From positions 3,038,001 through 3,102,000 of the forward strand of contig NC_134036.1 of the NCBI RefSeq assembly GCF_964204645.1: a DNA stretch of 64,000 nt. The letters are read 5' to 3'. This document shows, one piece after another, positions 50,401 through 57,723 of the stretch. Each line of letters starts with the position of its first letter. Position 1 is the first letter of the stretch. The stretch is from Tubulanus polymorphus (taxonomy: Eukaryota > Animalia > Nemertea). The notes beneath the pieces are model-generated. The model did no database searches. It saw only the letters and a list, made by a program, of their open reading frames with translations, and was not told where the DNA came from. Both the position numbers and the translations under genes were made by a program.

Positions 50401-52066
50401 AAATTAGCTCCACACGCCTCCACATGTGGAAAACGAACGTGACCAAAATGCATTGTACATGTCATGCGAATCGTCTGACGGATTGTGACAGGAGAGAACG
50501 CAGACAAAAAGGCTTTACCAATAAAACTGCAGGAAAGCGTCGCAACAAGTTTGGTTTAGTCCTAAAAATTGGAGAGACATCAGGTCTTACCCTGTTAGCT
50601 CTGATGGAGGGACAACCTTTCTAAAGCACCACTTCGATAACATGAATTACCAGTGTTTTAAAGTATATACATCGATACAGGTAGTGCTATAATGGTTACT
50701 ATTATTTTTGCTCGAGCTTTTACTACTAGTGAATAGTATGGCTTCATCAGGCTTAATCACTCATTCACCTGATGAGGTCACTATCCACTAGTAGCGAAAG
50801 TTCTTGCGTCAAATGAGATAGTTAACCATTTATCAATACTACTTGTTTCGTATCTATTCTACACGGCTCCTCTGCGAATCATTTAAAGTATCTATCCTCT
50901 TTCATTGCAGGTTTACCAGTGGCTATTGTGGGTACGACCGTAGCTGTGGACATGTCCAGTTACGAAGTCGATCAACTAACTAAAACGTGAATACTGATCG
51001 AAAATTTCAAATTCTTATGGCAAAACATATCATCTACTTTCAGTACAATTACCTTCCTTTAACTAAGAAAAGAAGATCAGTTACAGCTTTTCTGTAAACC
51101 ATTCAAAAATTGCCACCTTGTGATTTTATCAGTTAAAAATGTGTTTCTCAACTGTCTATTCTCGTTACAGATGCCTGTATCTAAAAGTTAGAAATATATC
51201 ATGCGTATAATTCTTCTTGTTACAGATGTCTGGTGATTGCTAAGCGCTCTTGGGTTTACTATTTCACCGTGTTGGTGCCGTACTGTCTGGTAATGACGAT
51301 CATGTCGGTCGCCTCCGTCATGTCGATACGCTTCCTAGCCAAACCGAAGCGTCATTCCTCGTCCTACGCGGGGGATACTGTCACCATAACGCACGTATTG
51401 GGGGCGCTGACTGTCGCCATGTTAGTCGGATTATCCTGGGTATTCGGGATGTTTGTATTCGGCTCGGAAACGCCTTTATTCCAGTATATTTTCTGTGCTA
51501 CAAACTCCCTACAAGGACTATGCATGTTTCTAGTGCGTTGCATATTAGACGATCGCGCGCGAGCAGCGTGGATACTCTTACTAAAAGATGGCGCTATCAT
51601 GAAAAAGCAGCATCAGCGCCATAAATCATCATCGGCGGCGGCCGGTGGTACTAAAACGAACGATATTTCGTCGTCGGAAGCGGAAGCTGCACGGACGCTA
51701 CGCGACGAGCAGATAGCCCGTTTGAGGTTACCGAGCCCGCCTAGTCGCAAGAACATCTATACGACAATACTAGTGAGTAGCCCGACGAAAAACGTGTCGT
51801 TCTGGCCGAATCATAAACCGGGACACTCTCAACAAAATCACACGTCATCCGCGGATAAGACTAAAAACAGGGGCGGCTCGTTCTCGAAACGAGTCCATCC
51901 GCCGTCCTTACAGCGGATTACGTTCGACGATTCGCTACGACACGTGTCGCCACCTACACAGAACAATTCAACAGTGTCGTCGACCACGACGACGAACAGA
52001 GCCACGTGTACGTACAAACAGAAACTAATGATATCCGGAAATTCTACCGCCGGTGCTTTCGTCTGA
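16834..52066 (+). CDS. Adhesion GPCR gene model (cadherin x2, FN3, EGF x6, HormR, GAIN/GPS, 7TM), 15 coding exons, 5' end unresolved
   Basis: All introns are GT-AG and every exon phase matches the next. The exons sum to 3926 nt, plus 1 nt from an upstream exon, giving 1309 codons including the stop. Domain motifs appear in canonical aGPCR order. The link from the cadherin exon to FN3 rests on phase compatibility and the absence of other partner exons. Confidence 0.88.
17475..17655. mobile_element. Foldback MITE (possibly PIF/Harbinger type)
   Basis: ctggggccggttgca...tgcaaccaaccacag ends. A half copy lies at 29777..29880. Confidence 0.65.
17896..18004. mobile_element. Foldback MITE
   Basis: ggtccagttccacagttctgagtta ... 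taactcacaactgtggaactgggtcc, with core ttgaaaatgaa. Confidence 0.75.
18700..18990. repeat. Degenerate minisatellite of about 41 bp
   Basis: aaccattttgaaagactgttcctg.caatc..gggtcag recurs about 7 times. Confidence 0.8.
19429..20042. repeat. 60-bp tandem satellite array (about 10 units)
   Basis: Unit ataacttcaacgattcagtaaaattatgattagttactaatgacgaccttctcattctc(g/a). Confidence 0.95.
25408..25570. mobile_element. pogo/Tigger-like MITE upstream of GPCR copy 1 (also about 30376..30540)
   Basis: ta-CAGTGAACCTCC ... GGGGTTGACTG ends, with internal ataccgcc repeats. Confidence 0.45.
25942..26931 (+). CDS. Intronless class A GPCR, FMRFamide-receptor-like/Srw-like (copy 1), nested in the aGPCR intron
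   Basis: 329-aa ORF with 7 hydrophobic segments. Motifs: GxxxN, LAxAD, IERL..V.YP, FLVLELP, NSCVNFILY. AATAAA lies shortly after the stop. Confidence 0.95.
   Translation: MAAEANVTREEACAQQYAQWSGRFYINVYILTPIMFAGSLMNTLNVVVFTKLKSSHPSIHLLKCLALADIGLLFGHFLADTLRYLIFYINNGDKVFADPFSIYPKMYAYGTRALRIGFVYERNWLTVLIQIERLLTVLYPLKASQWWTKKHMNRIIGAATVLFFIWPSYFPLTLKIEEYMDPCHGPITQLVHKYPKIYVLCNKLIGPIFRLVIPCGAVLSINTALIVTLYVKFKQRQQLGGTSQKLLTGDSKATRMVISMSVTFLVLELPATFSKVRSYALPNAVIWELAMDIAYVTSDLNSCVNFILYCIVNKQFYQTLRQITCKTGR
28411..28470 (+). ncRNA. Minimal type-I hammerhead ribozyme (AGCT family)
   Basis: CTGATGA A GCaACT-ttacatt-AGTaGC GAAAGCTC. It is preceded by a pyrimidine-rich tract and TATAAAT, and followed by AATAAA. 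Stem I is degraded. Confidence 0.7.
29457..29776 (+). pseudogene. Truncated, frameshifted class A GPCR paralog (copy 2)
   Basis: Begins MAAKVNVTREEACAQQYADWSGRFY and has several small indels relative to the intact copies. It ends at ...YPKM, abutting a half MITE. The upstream segment about 29190-29456 is homologous to the 5' flanks of the other copies. Confidence 0.92.
29777..29880. mobile_element. Half MITE at the pseudogene/duplication junction
   Basis: ...aagtctaagccatgactatgcaaccagccccag is the reverse complement of the left arm of the 17475 element. Confidence 0.75.
29878..31997 (+). repeat. Segmental duplication unit B
   Basis: Same alignment as unit A. Incidental ORFs are duplicated too (24995 and 29965). 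Confidence 0.93.
30918..31907 (+). CDS. Intronless class A GPCR, FMRFamide-receptor-like (copy 3), nested
   Basis: 329-aa paralog of 25942..26931 with 38 aa differences by my count (about 88% identity) and the same motifs. Confidence 0.95.
   Translation: MAAEVNVTREEACAQLYAQWSGRFYINVYILSPIMLAGWVMNALVIVVFTKLKSSHPSIHLLKCLAVADIGYLFGHFISDTLRYLIFYINFGDKVFTDPFYIYPKMYAYGTHVVRMGFMYERNWLTVLIQIERLLTVLYPLKASQWWTKKRMNRIIGVATALFFIWPCYFPLTLKEEEYIDRCHGPHSRLVFKYPKIYLLCNKLISPIFRLVIPCGAVLSINTALIITLSVKFKQRQQLGGTSQKLLTGDSKATRMVISMSVTFLVLELPATFSKVRSYALPNAVIWELAMDIAYVTSDLNSCVNFILYCIVNKQFYQTFRQITCKTGT
34046..34138 (+). mobile_element. Degenerate hammerhead/pLTR hairpin of the 28416 family
   Basis: tagtttatttgacgc ... 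gcgtcaaataaacta inverted arms enclose CGGGTGA AGCTACT...AGC GAAAGCCC. Confidence 0.55.
35201..35497 (+). CDS. aGPCR exon: fibronectin type III domain
   Basis: ctttcag| acceptor, G|gtaagt donor, phase 1-1. Motifs: ITKTSAKICWHP, IDKYVLSY, LTSLLPWKKYGVVVTAF, SPRS. Confidence 0.92.
36492..37121 (+). CDS. aGPCR exon: five complete EGF repeats plus the first half of EGF6
   Basis: ttacag| acceptor, G|gtaagt donor, phase 1-1. Repeated C-x3-PC-x-N-x3-C...C-x-C-x2-G-Y/F-x-G-x2-C pattern. Confidence 0.95.
38971..39087 (+). CDS. aGPCR exon: Cys-rich insert and end of EGF6
   Basis: ttttgtag| acceptor, A|gtaagc donor, phase 1-1. Encodes DEPCPQGGTTCRKQCKGSVKYVYGCKCPPGRSGPTCTNK. Confidence 0.9.
39198..39397 (+). 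CDS. aGPCR exon: hormone-receptor (HormR/HRM) domain
   Basis: tttgaag| acceptor, CAG|gtacaa donor, phase 1-0. Encodes CKEEITTDESGDIYWPKTRHSTVRKMHCP...AFRRCTLTPDGVAVWGHQSTIEC. Confidence 0.92.
39916..40056 (+). CDS. aGPCR exon: GAIN subdomain A helices
   Basis: ttcag| acceptor, GAG|gtaaga donor, phase 0-0. Encodes KDVFVAGKEM...LSSATIEAIINSISKIV. Confidence 0.87.
40621..40715 (+). CDS. aGPCR exon: GAIN
   Basis: tttttcag| acceptor, AG|gtactg donor, phase 0-2. Encodes ITKKVLMIMNNIMAANTSVLIDSKRKSNGPAR. Confidence 0.87.
41038..41221 (+). CDS. aGPCR exon: GAIN
   Basis: tttttag| acceptor, GAG|gtaagt donor, phase 2-0. Encodes LLDIVERCL...FSYPNIRAQV. Confidence 0.87.
43997..44206 (+). CDS. aGPCR exon: GAIN subdomain B
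   Basis: cttttag| acceptor, CAG|gtaaaa donor, phase 0-0. Encodes IKLPREVL...RVVFAQLANSKLF. Confidence 0.88.
45300..45339 (+). CDS. aGPCR 40-nt exon: first half of GPS motif
   Basis: tttttcag| acceptor, G|gtaaga donor, phase 0-1. Encodes VPGNYTCVYWDPV and exactly bridges the flanking phases. Confidence 0.88.
45697..45744 (+). ncRNA. Minimal type-I hammerhead ribozyme in the intron splitting the GPS motif
   Basis: gga-t-cac CTGACGA tgatctttagtgagagtcc GAAACGTC gtg-tcc. Core and stem I are intact, stem II has two mismatches, and AATAAA follows about 20 nt later. Confidence 0.68.
46559..46656 (+). CDS. aGPCR exon: second half of GPS with HL|S site and Stachel
   Basis: tttacag| acceptor, TTG|gtgagt donor, phase 1-0. 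Encodes GHWSTRGVVTDARGTNTTKCLAYHLSAFSLML. Confidence 0.92.
46819..46943 (+). CDS. aGPCR exon: TM1
   Basis: ttttag| acceptor, GG|gtaata donor, phase 0-2. Encodes LLFVGCGISAFGLAFTLLTYILF. Confidence 0.92.
47790..48010. mobile_element. Short Penelope-like insertion: 51-bp perfect inverted repeat around a hammerhead, with a 13-bp flanking direct repeat
   Basis: 47801-47851 is the exact reverse complement of 47912-47962. gccattatttcat occurs at 47790 and 47998. Confidence 0.72.
47862..47908 (-). ncRNA. Minimal type-I hammerhead ribozyme (Penelope pLTR type), intact core
   Basis: Reverse complement reads ttattc CTGAAGA T GACTAT-taggat-ATAGTC GAAACGTT gaaataa, with a perfect 6-bp stem II and palindromic ACGT in place of helix III. 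Confidence 0.8.
48040..48311 (+). CDS. aGPCR exon: TM2, TM3 and start of TM4
   Basis: ttttcag| acceptor, G|gtaagt donor, phase 2-1. Motifs: KILINQC, CTVASAMLHYCLL, WLCVEA, LLAWG. Confidence 0.94.
48355..48525. repeat. Degenerate 60-bp satellite units (about 3); also at about 33665..33760
   Basis: ttcagtaaaattatgat.agttactaatgacgaccttctcatt motif. Confidence 0.85.
49185..49570. repeat. Intronic minisatellite (agccaagtggtcaacaatagta units, 120-bp exact duplication)
   Basis: Lines 49201-49320 repeat at 49321-49430, followed by variants of about 48 bp. Confidence 0.85.
50694..50827. mobile_element. Inverted pair of degenerate hammerhead-containing Penelope-like pLTR fragments
   Basis: Minus copy 50714..50750 reads CTGATGA...AAAAGCTC and plus copy 50769..50803 reads CTGATGA...GAAAGTTC. 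Both flanks read ...atagt(t)aacc. Same family as 28416. Confidence 0.65.
50911..50986 (+). CDS. aGPCR exon: end of TM4 and ECL2
   Basis: ttgcag| acceptor, AC|gtgaat donor, phase 1-2. Encodes GLPVAIVGTTVAVDMSSY. Confidence 0.9.
51226..52066 (+). CDS. aGPCR terminal exon: TM5-TM7 and Ser/Thr-rich cytoplasmic tail
   Basis: gttacag| acceptor, phase 2. Motifs: LVGLSWVFG, FQYIFCATNSLQG, ARAAW. Stop TGA ends at 52066. Confidence 0.94.
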
Positions 52067-52119
52067 ATATCGACAACGTGAAGAAAAGTGGCCAAGAAGA
52101 TATACTTCGAATGGAACTA

Positions 52120-52444
52120 TTGATTATATAGCCCGTTCGTTCCATGGAAGTGAATGATGCCTTAAATAACTTGATGTGTTGATACTTCCAGAAAAGAGGG
52201 GAAGCTCCATAAATGAATATCTCAAAGATATCATCATCATCATCATCCTCCTCCTACCGAGTAGAGTCCCCCTTTTTTTAATTTGTGTAGTGTATATAAA
52301 GCCTTCTAGAAAATGTGATCCTTAATGGCATCTATTGATATAGGCCGTTCGTTCCAAGAAAGTGAATGATGCCTTAGATAACTTGATGTTGTTACACTTC
52401 CAGAAAAGAAGGGAAGCTCCATGAATAAATATCTCAAAGATATT

Positions 52445-52510
<66 letters not shown>

Positions 52511-52832
52511 CCGACTAGAGTACCCTCTTTTTAATTCGTGTAGTCTATATAATGCCTTCTAGAAAATGTGAACCTTTAAGCATCATCAAAATAATCGGTG
52601 ATACAATGAACTGAAGAAAAGCGGCCATGAAGATGCACGAATGGCATCTATTGATATAGGCCGTTCGTTCCAAGAAAGCGAATGATGCCTTAAATAAATT
52701 GATGTTGTGACACTTCCAGAAAAGAAGGCAAGCTCTATAGATAAATATCCGAAAAATATCAACAGCCTACTGAGTAGCTACCCCCTTTTTAAATTCATAT
52801 AGCGATATGAAGCCTTCTAGAAAATGTGATCC
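52120..52832 (+). repeat. Three diverged tandem units of about 200-300 bp in the presumed aGPCR 3' UTR; includes (CAT)~21 at 52445..52507
   Basis: cgttcgttcca...gaatgatgcctta.ataa...cttccagaaaaga...gccttctagaaaatgtga recurs three times. Confidence 0.88.
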
Positions 52833-52908
52833 AGGATCATCTTTAAATGCGGTGATGCTGATGTTTGATAATACAATAAACCGGTGCATTAATCGTTTAA
52901 ATCCCCTC

Positions 52909-53015
52909 GGGCTAGTTTTAGACAGGTTTTATCTTTAACCTGGGAGCTAGCCCAACTGAAACGGGATCGTGTTAACCCCCAAGTTAAAGATAATACCAAT
53001 CTATAAAACCGGACC
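52909..53015. mobile_element. Foldback MITE (15311 family)
   Basis: gggctagttttagac...ttatctttaacctggg / cccaagttaaagataatacc..tctataaaaccggacc. Confidence 0.65.
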
Positions 53016-53810
53016 TTGAATCTTAATCTGAGCGAATTTCATTAACGTTTTCGCTCAGATTTTTCGAAATCTTCTTTCCGATGAAAATGAATCTGATGTA
53101 CCCGGTATTCAGTATTCGTACGTCACGCGACAGTAGTTTAATTTGAATAATTTAGTATATATTACAATTGGTGCTACTTTTACACATAGTTGGATTAAGT
53201 CAGGGTACGCAACAACCTTGCCAGGTGGGTTCGAGTCCCGATATTAATTCTGACCTCATCGGAAGGTTTTTAACTCGTTTAGCATTATTACATGTTACGG
53301 TGTAAATTACGATTAATAGCTTATCTTATTCGATGGTGCTTAACGATATCGATAAAATTAGAATGTTTAGTAGTGATCAACGTCACAAAAAGGCCACACG
53401 AGCACGAGAAAAAATAGACTTTGATCTCAACGCCTAACAAAATGCATATGTTACTGAAAACGATAACGTGTGTAATCTAAATTCGAAGTTACTTAAAGAA
53501 GCTCGTTTACATCATAACACTTGAATTGAAACGAAGATTAAATTGAGTCGAACATTTTATGAGAGATCAAGGCCCAAAGACGGATGTGTCTTGATATTCA
53601 AGTGATGCTTTTAGATTTTAGATGTTTATATATATATGTACTTAGGTCTTCCATAATACCTGTAGTCCTCCGTATAAGAAATAGTTCCCTTATCTACGTA
53701 TGAATGTGATTTTTTTACAAAATGAAAAGAAAGATTGAAATGGAACTTTCTTTGCCAGAAAAAAGGTACCTAGATAATTCGTATACCGGAAGCCTAGCCT
53801 GTAATGTAAC

Positions 53811-53980
53811 GAGAATCCCGCAATAAAGACCAGAAAATAATAAAGTCCGAAAATGTTTCCTTGAACTAGTAGTTTATTCAACGTATTCCTGAAGATGACT
53901 ATTTGTATAAAGTATAAAGTCAAAACGTGAGTAAACAACCTGCTCTAGGAAACATTTTCTGACTTCATAATTTTCTCGGA
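53811..53980. mobile_element. Degenerate copy of the 47.8-kb Penelope-like element
   Basis: gagaatccc.caat...aagtccgaaaatg...tagtttattcaacg, then CTGAAGA TGACT...AGTC AAAACGT (GAAA mutated), then an inverted arm. Confidence 0.6.
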
Positions 53981-56900
53981 TTTAGTGTTTTATCAATGGT
54001 GAACCTAGCCTGTATTCTGACTTTGAAAATCGAGATGACGGAAGTTCAATGAAGCAATGCAAGAACTATATAAGTTAAGGGTAAAGATGATCGTTAAGAA
54101 AAAGCCATACTACGGAGTTCTACGATTTTCTCCCCAAATCGATTAAGAAAATAGAAAAATTGAAATTTTGAACAAAAAAGCAAAGATGTTCATACCTCGA
54201 TAGGTCAAAAATGGTCTAAATGAACGATGTTAATGTGTGCGCAGATAATTTCAATATCATTAGTTCAATAATTCCTCGCCTGAATATATTCAAAATAATG
54301 TATTTGTTTACTCTTTCTTTCAATTGCCAATCGAATATTGTATAGTCTATTTTGCATGTTAAGCCCCGCCCATGATATTATGTAAAACTGGTTGATTGAT
54401 TGATCGATGATACGTTATATGAAAACAATGAAATAAAAACAGGATCTCAATATCATTTGTTATATGAATAAACACGTCAAGCGCTTTATTAAGTCCTGTT
54501 TCATGTGTCCTACTTGCATTTTCTTGCAATTTTGCAATATCTAGATCTCCGAAAGGTCCGGGCGGATTTAGAGGTTGGTCTCGGGAGTCCTGGCCCAAGC
54601 CTTTCAATTTAGGTTGTCCTTTTCGTCAAGATAAAGATCCTTATAACCTGCAAATTTGGCGCTCATCCCCTTGGAAATTGCATGTCTTTCTTCAAAAACA
54701 TTGAAAACCCACTATACCTTTGTCATTTTCCTTCCACTTTTCCCCTAGGCCCTACATTTATCTAAAAATTCTAATGAAACAAATGCAACTCACGTTCTCG
54801 CATTTAATGGTTTACATCTTCATCGACCCCGATAGGGCTTTCTATTTTTCCAAAGGAAACAGTGACGTCCAGGTGATCGCACGAGCAATTTTGGCTAGGA
54901 CCAAACTAGACCCGCTAAACAGTTTTACTCGGGCTTGATCCGTGCTAACTAGAGCCGGGCCAAATCGTCTCCGTATGATCGCGGCAAGAAAGCAAGATGA
55001 TGTAAGTAGATACAATGCAGATACCAAAGGCGTCTGATAGTCGTTCAGATAACAACGTATTCGTGATGCCCGGCCCTCGCACCATCTTTCAGTATCCTAT
55101 GTCCTAACTATAACGGTGACGTCCGCTGAACAAAGCAACTATCTTCCTTAGTGAATGGAGGTCGGATTGGATTTTGCGAGAACTTGTGCATCAAATAACA
55201 CTTACCGTTAACAAATATGAAAACGTATCACTCTCTGCTGGCATCGGGCATTGGAGCTCGCTACATGTTAATCCAAAGTGTCTTTTTTTCACTAATATCG
55301 TATGAAGATTCTCAACCAATTTTGACAATTCCAGATTTTTATCGAAATGACTGCGACCGAGGAAGAAGAGAAAAGAACAAAAGGAGAATAAACAACGAAC
55401 ATTTGGGAACAAATTTGGAAAATCGTGATTCTTTGGAAATTGTGGTTTTATTAATTCAACAACAAATAAGGGTCAGAAATCTTAATACGGTTGATAAAAA
55501 GACAGAAAATAGTTTTTCAGAGGTTAGAAATATACACTCGAATTGCACACACACACGCCATCTATTAACTAATAGAAACATTAAATCTATCCCGCGTTCC
55601 ACTAGTTTCTTTGTACCCTTCTATTTCTAAGCATACATTTATATCAACATCGGTACAAATTTCATGTTTTTATAATTGACTCAAAAATCATTCAAAAGTT
55701 ACATGAATTTAGTTAAACAAGAACATTTTTCACTCGTCAGGTATTACTCGAAAACAGTTTGTGATACGATTTCACCGTGGTTCACAGTGATACCGCGTCA
55801 GGGCAACTGCCATTGATAATCAAATGCTTATATGTAGTAATTATATGTTCGGTACTTTTTCTTTAAATTTCATTGCTAAATAATTTAATCGTAAGTTTCG
55901 TGTGATACGTACTAATGTGTCGTTACACGTAGGTTCAGAGTGGTACCACTGCCGGGTACCTCCCTTCGCCTCGGTCTAATGTAGATAAACCTAGTTTAGT
56001 AGTAAATGGGATTGGCTTTTGTTTCTTTAGGCTGGGTCTTAATTGAATTTATAAATCAAGTAACATAAATTAGCCTAGATTATGCTGTTCTTAAAATCCC
56101 GGCAATCTGAAGTAGCCCAACTTCTTGCCTACTATTTTTTTAAATCTAAACTATCTTCAACAAATTGTCTTTCTGGCAGCGACATCAGTTTCAGTGTTCC
56201 AATGGTTGAAATGTACCTAGCCAATCCTCAGTAACACAGGCGCCGCATAGTGGGAAGCTGGCCTAAACTGTAGTTAGACCCTTTTGGTCAAGTAGCCTAC
56301 TAATTATCTAGGTAATTATTTACTCACCGTTTCGAAATTATAGTAGAAATCATACTAGGAGTATTTGAGCAAATCTTCACATTTTACATCATTTTTCGCG
56401 CACCAAACTGCGACCTGATTGAACGCAGAGAAGCAACATATAGAATGATCATTCAATCTATGTATGAATGGCAAATCGGGCCTTCTTTGAATAACAACTC
56501 GATGAACTAGATTTTAAGATCTGTATTATACCAACTTCGACCCAGAATCTTTTCAATGAACGTATTGATCTGTTCGATCGATTTTAAGCGGTCATTTTTG
56601 AAAAACGGTTGTACACACATCATAGGTATTGTTACAATTGCAAATTAGACAACCCCACTATTGACCTCTTAACAGCCAATGACGATTTCTTCAATAACCT
56701 AACCATACTACAAAATCGCAGTCATATGATACGTCATTAAAACCATTTTCTAAAATCACCAATTTTCTGCAAATACATGTAATTCTTTTTCATTTAAAAA
56801 TTGAACTAAGACATTAATTTGGAAAACCAAAGTTTGACTGGTTATTATATCACCATTGCGGGCTTGTAAATCTGTAGCCCATAGCTCGCGTTCGCATTAT

Positions 56901-57615
56901 GTGGTCATTATTAATTCTCTACTTCAATCTTGTTGTTTTTATTTCCTTGGCACGAAATCTGTTCATATACTAGTCTACAAATCCGCCATCTGGTGCTAAG
57001 CTGGTGGAGACGAACTTAAGCAAAGATGTGCGTACATTTGGCTTTTAACCGAGATAGCTTTTATTTTCGAAATTGTTCATTGATTCTGGCTGACTGTGGA
57101 ATTATTCCGACACTTTGACCCAAATGCCAGTGAGCGATACGGTACGGGTCAGGTTGAAATGCATGTCTTGCGGGCGGTGGACACATTACGATACGGTGGT
57201 GTCACAATATCATCTTCATGGCGTCGTTCTGGGCGTCGTGCTGTTACATTTCACGAAATGGAATCTTCATTCAATCGTTTAATCGCTGCTTCGACGATCT
57301 GATAAAATTGCCTCTTCAAGGGCTGGAGCTATGAGTGTCACATTGGCCCACATTAGGCCACGTTAACCCAGGACTTCACAATTCTCACTACGATACCAAA
57401 TCCGTGTAACATTTCACTCAACATTTTCATCGACCTGGACTTTACAATTATGATGTACAAACAAACACAAAATGTATTGTACTCATGGTACGAACGTTCT
57501 CGGGTTTCTGGGTAGTTTTTTTTTTTTTAAGAAAGAAAGTTTAAAAGTATTGACACTCATTCGTGGAGTTTATTGATTGTAATGGAGGGTTTGATTCTGC
57601 GTTTTGAGAGTTCAT

Positions 57616-57723
57616 CTATAAAACCCCGAACAGTGAGTTTCCTCGATCAGATGGGTTGTCGGACACGGAAAACTGAATCCATAGATTTTTGAATTCTTCG
57701 CGTGTCACTAATTTTCCTCCGTT
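57616..57723 (-). CDS. Calexcitin terminal exon
   Basis: tttttcag| acceptor, phase 0. Encodes ...SDNPSDRGNSLFGVL followed by TAG. Confidence 0.93.
   Translation of the reverse strand, partial: NGGKLVTREEFKNLWIQFSVSDNPSDRGNSLFGVL

Noticed and set aside
16834-52066. Calling the gene CELSR/flamingo
   Set aside because: It has only two cadherin repeats in the window, an FN3 domain and no laminin-G domains, and its 7TM motifs are more ADGRG-like.
52306-52506. Poly-Met ORF
   Set aside because: It is the reverse strand of a (CAT)n microsatellite.
54513-56520. Chain of minus-strand exon-like segments (56328..56520, about 55207..55350, about 54515..54647)
   Set aside because: Splice signals are plausible but there is no convincing protein, and I cannot distinguish lncRNA from chance.
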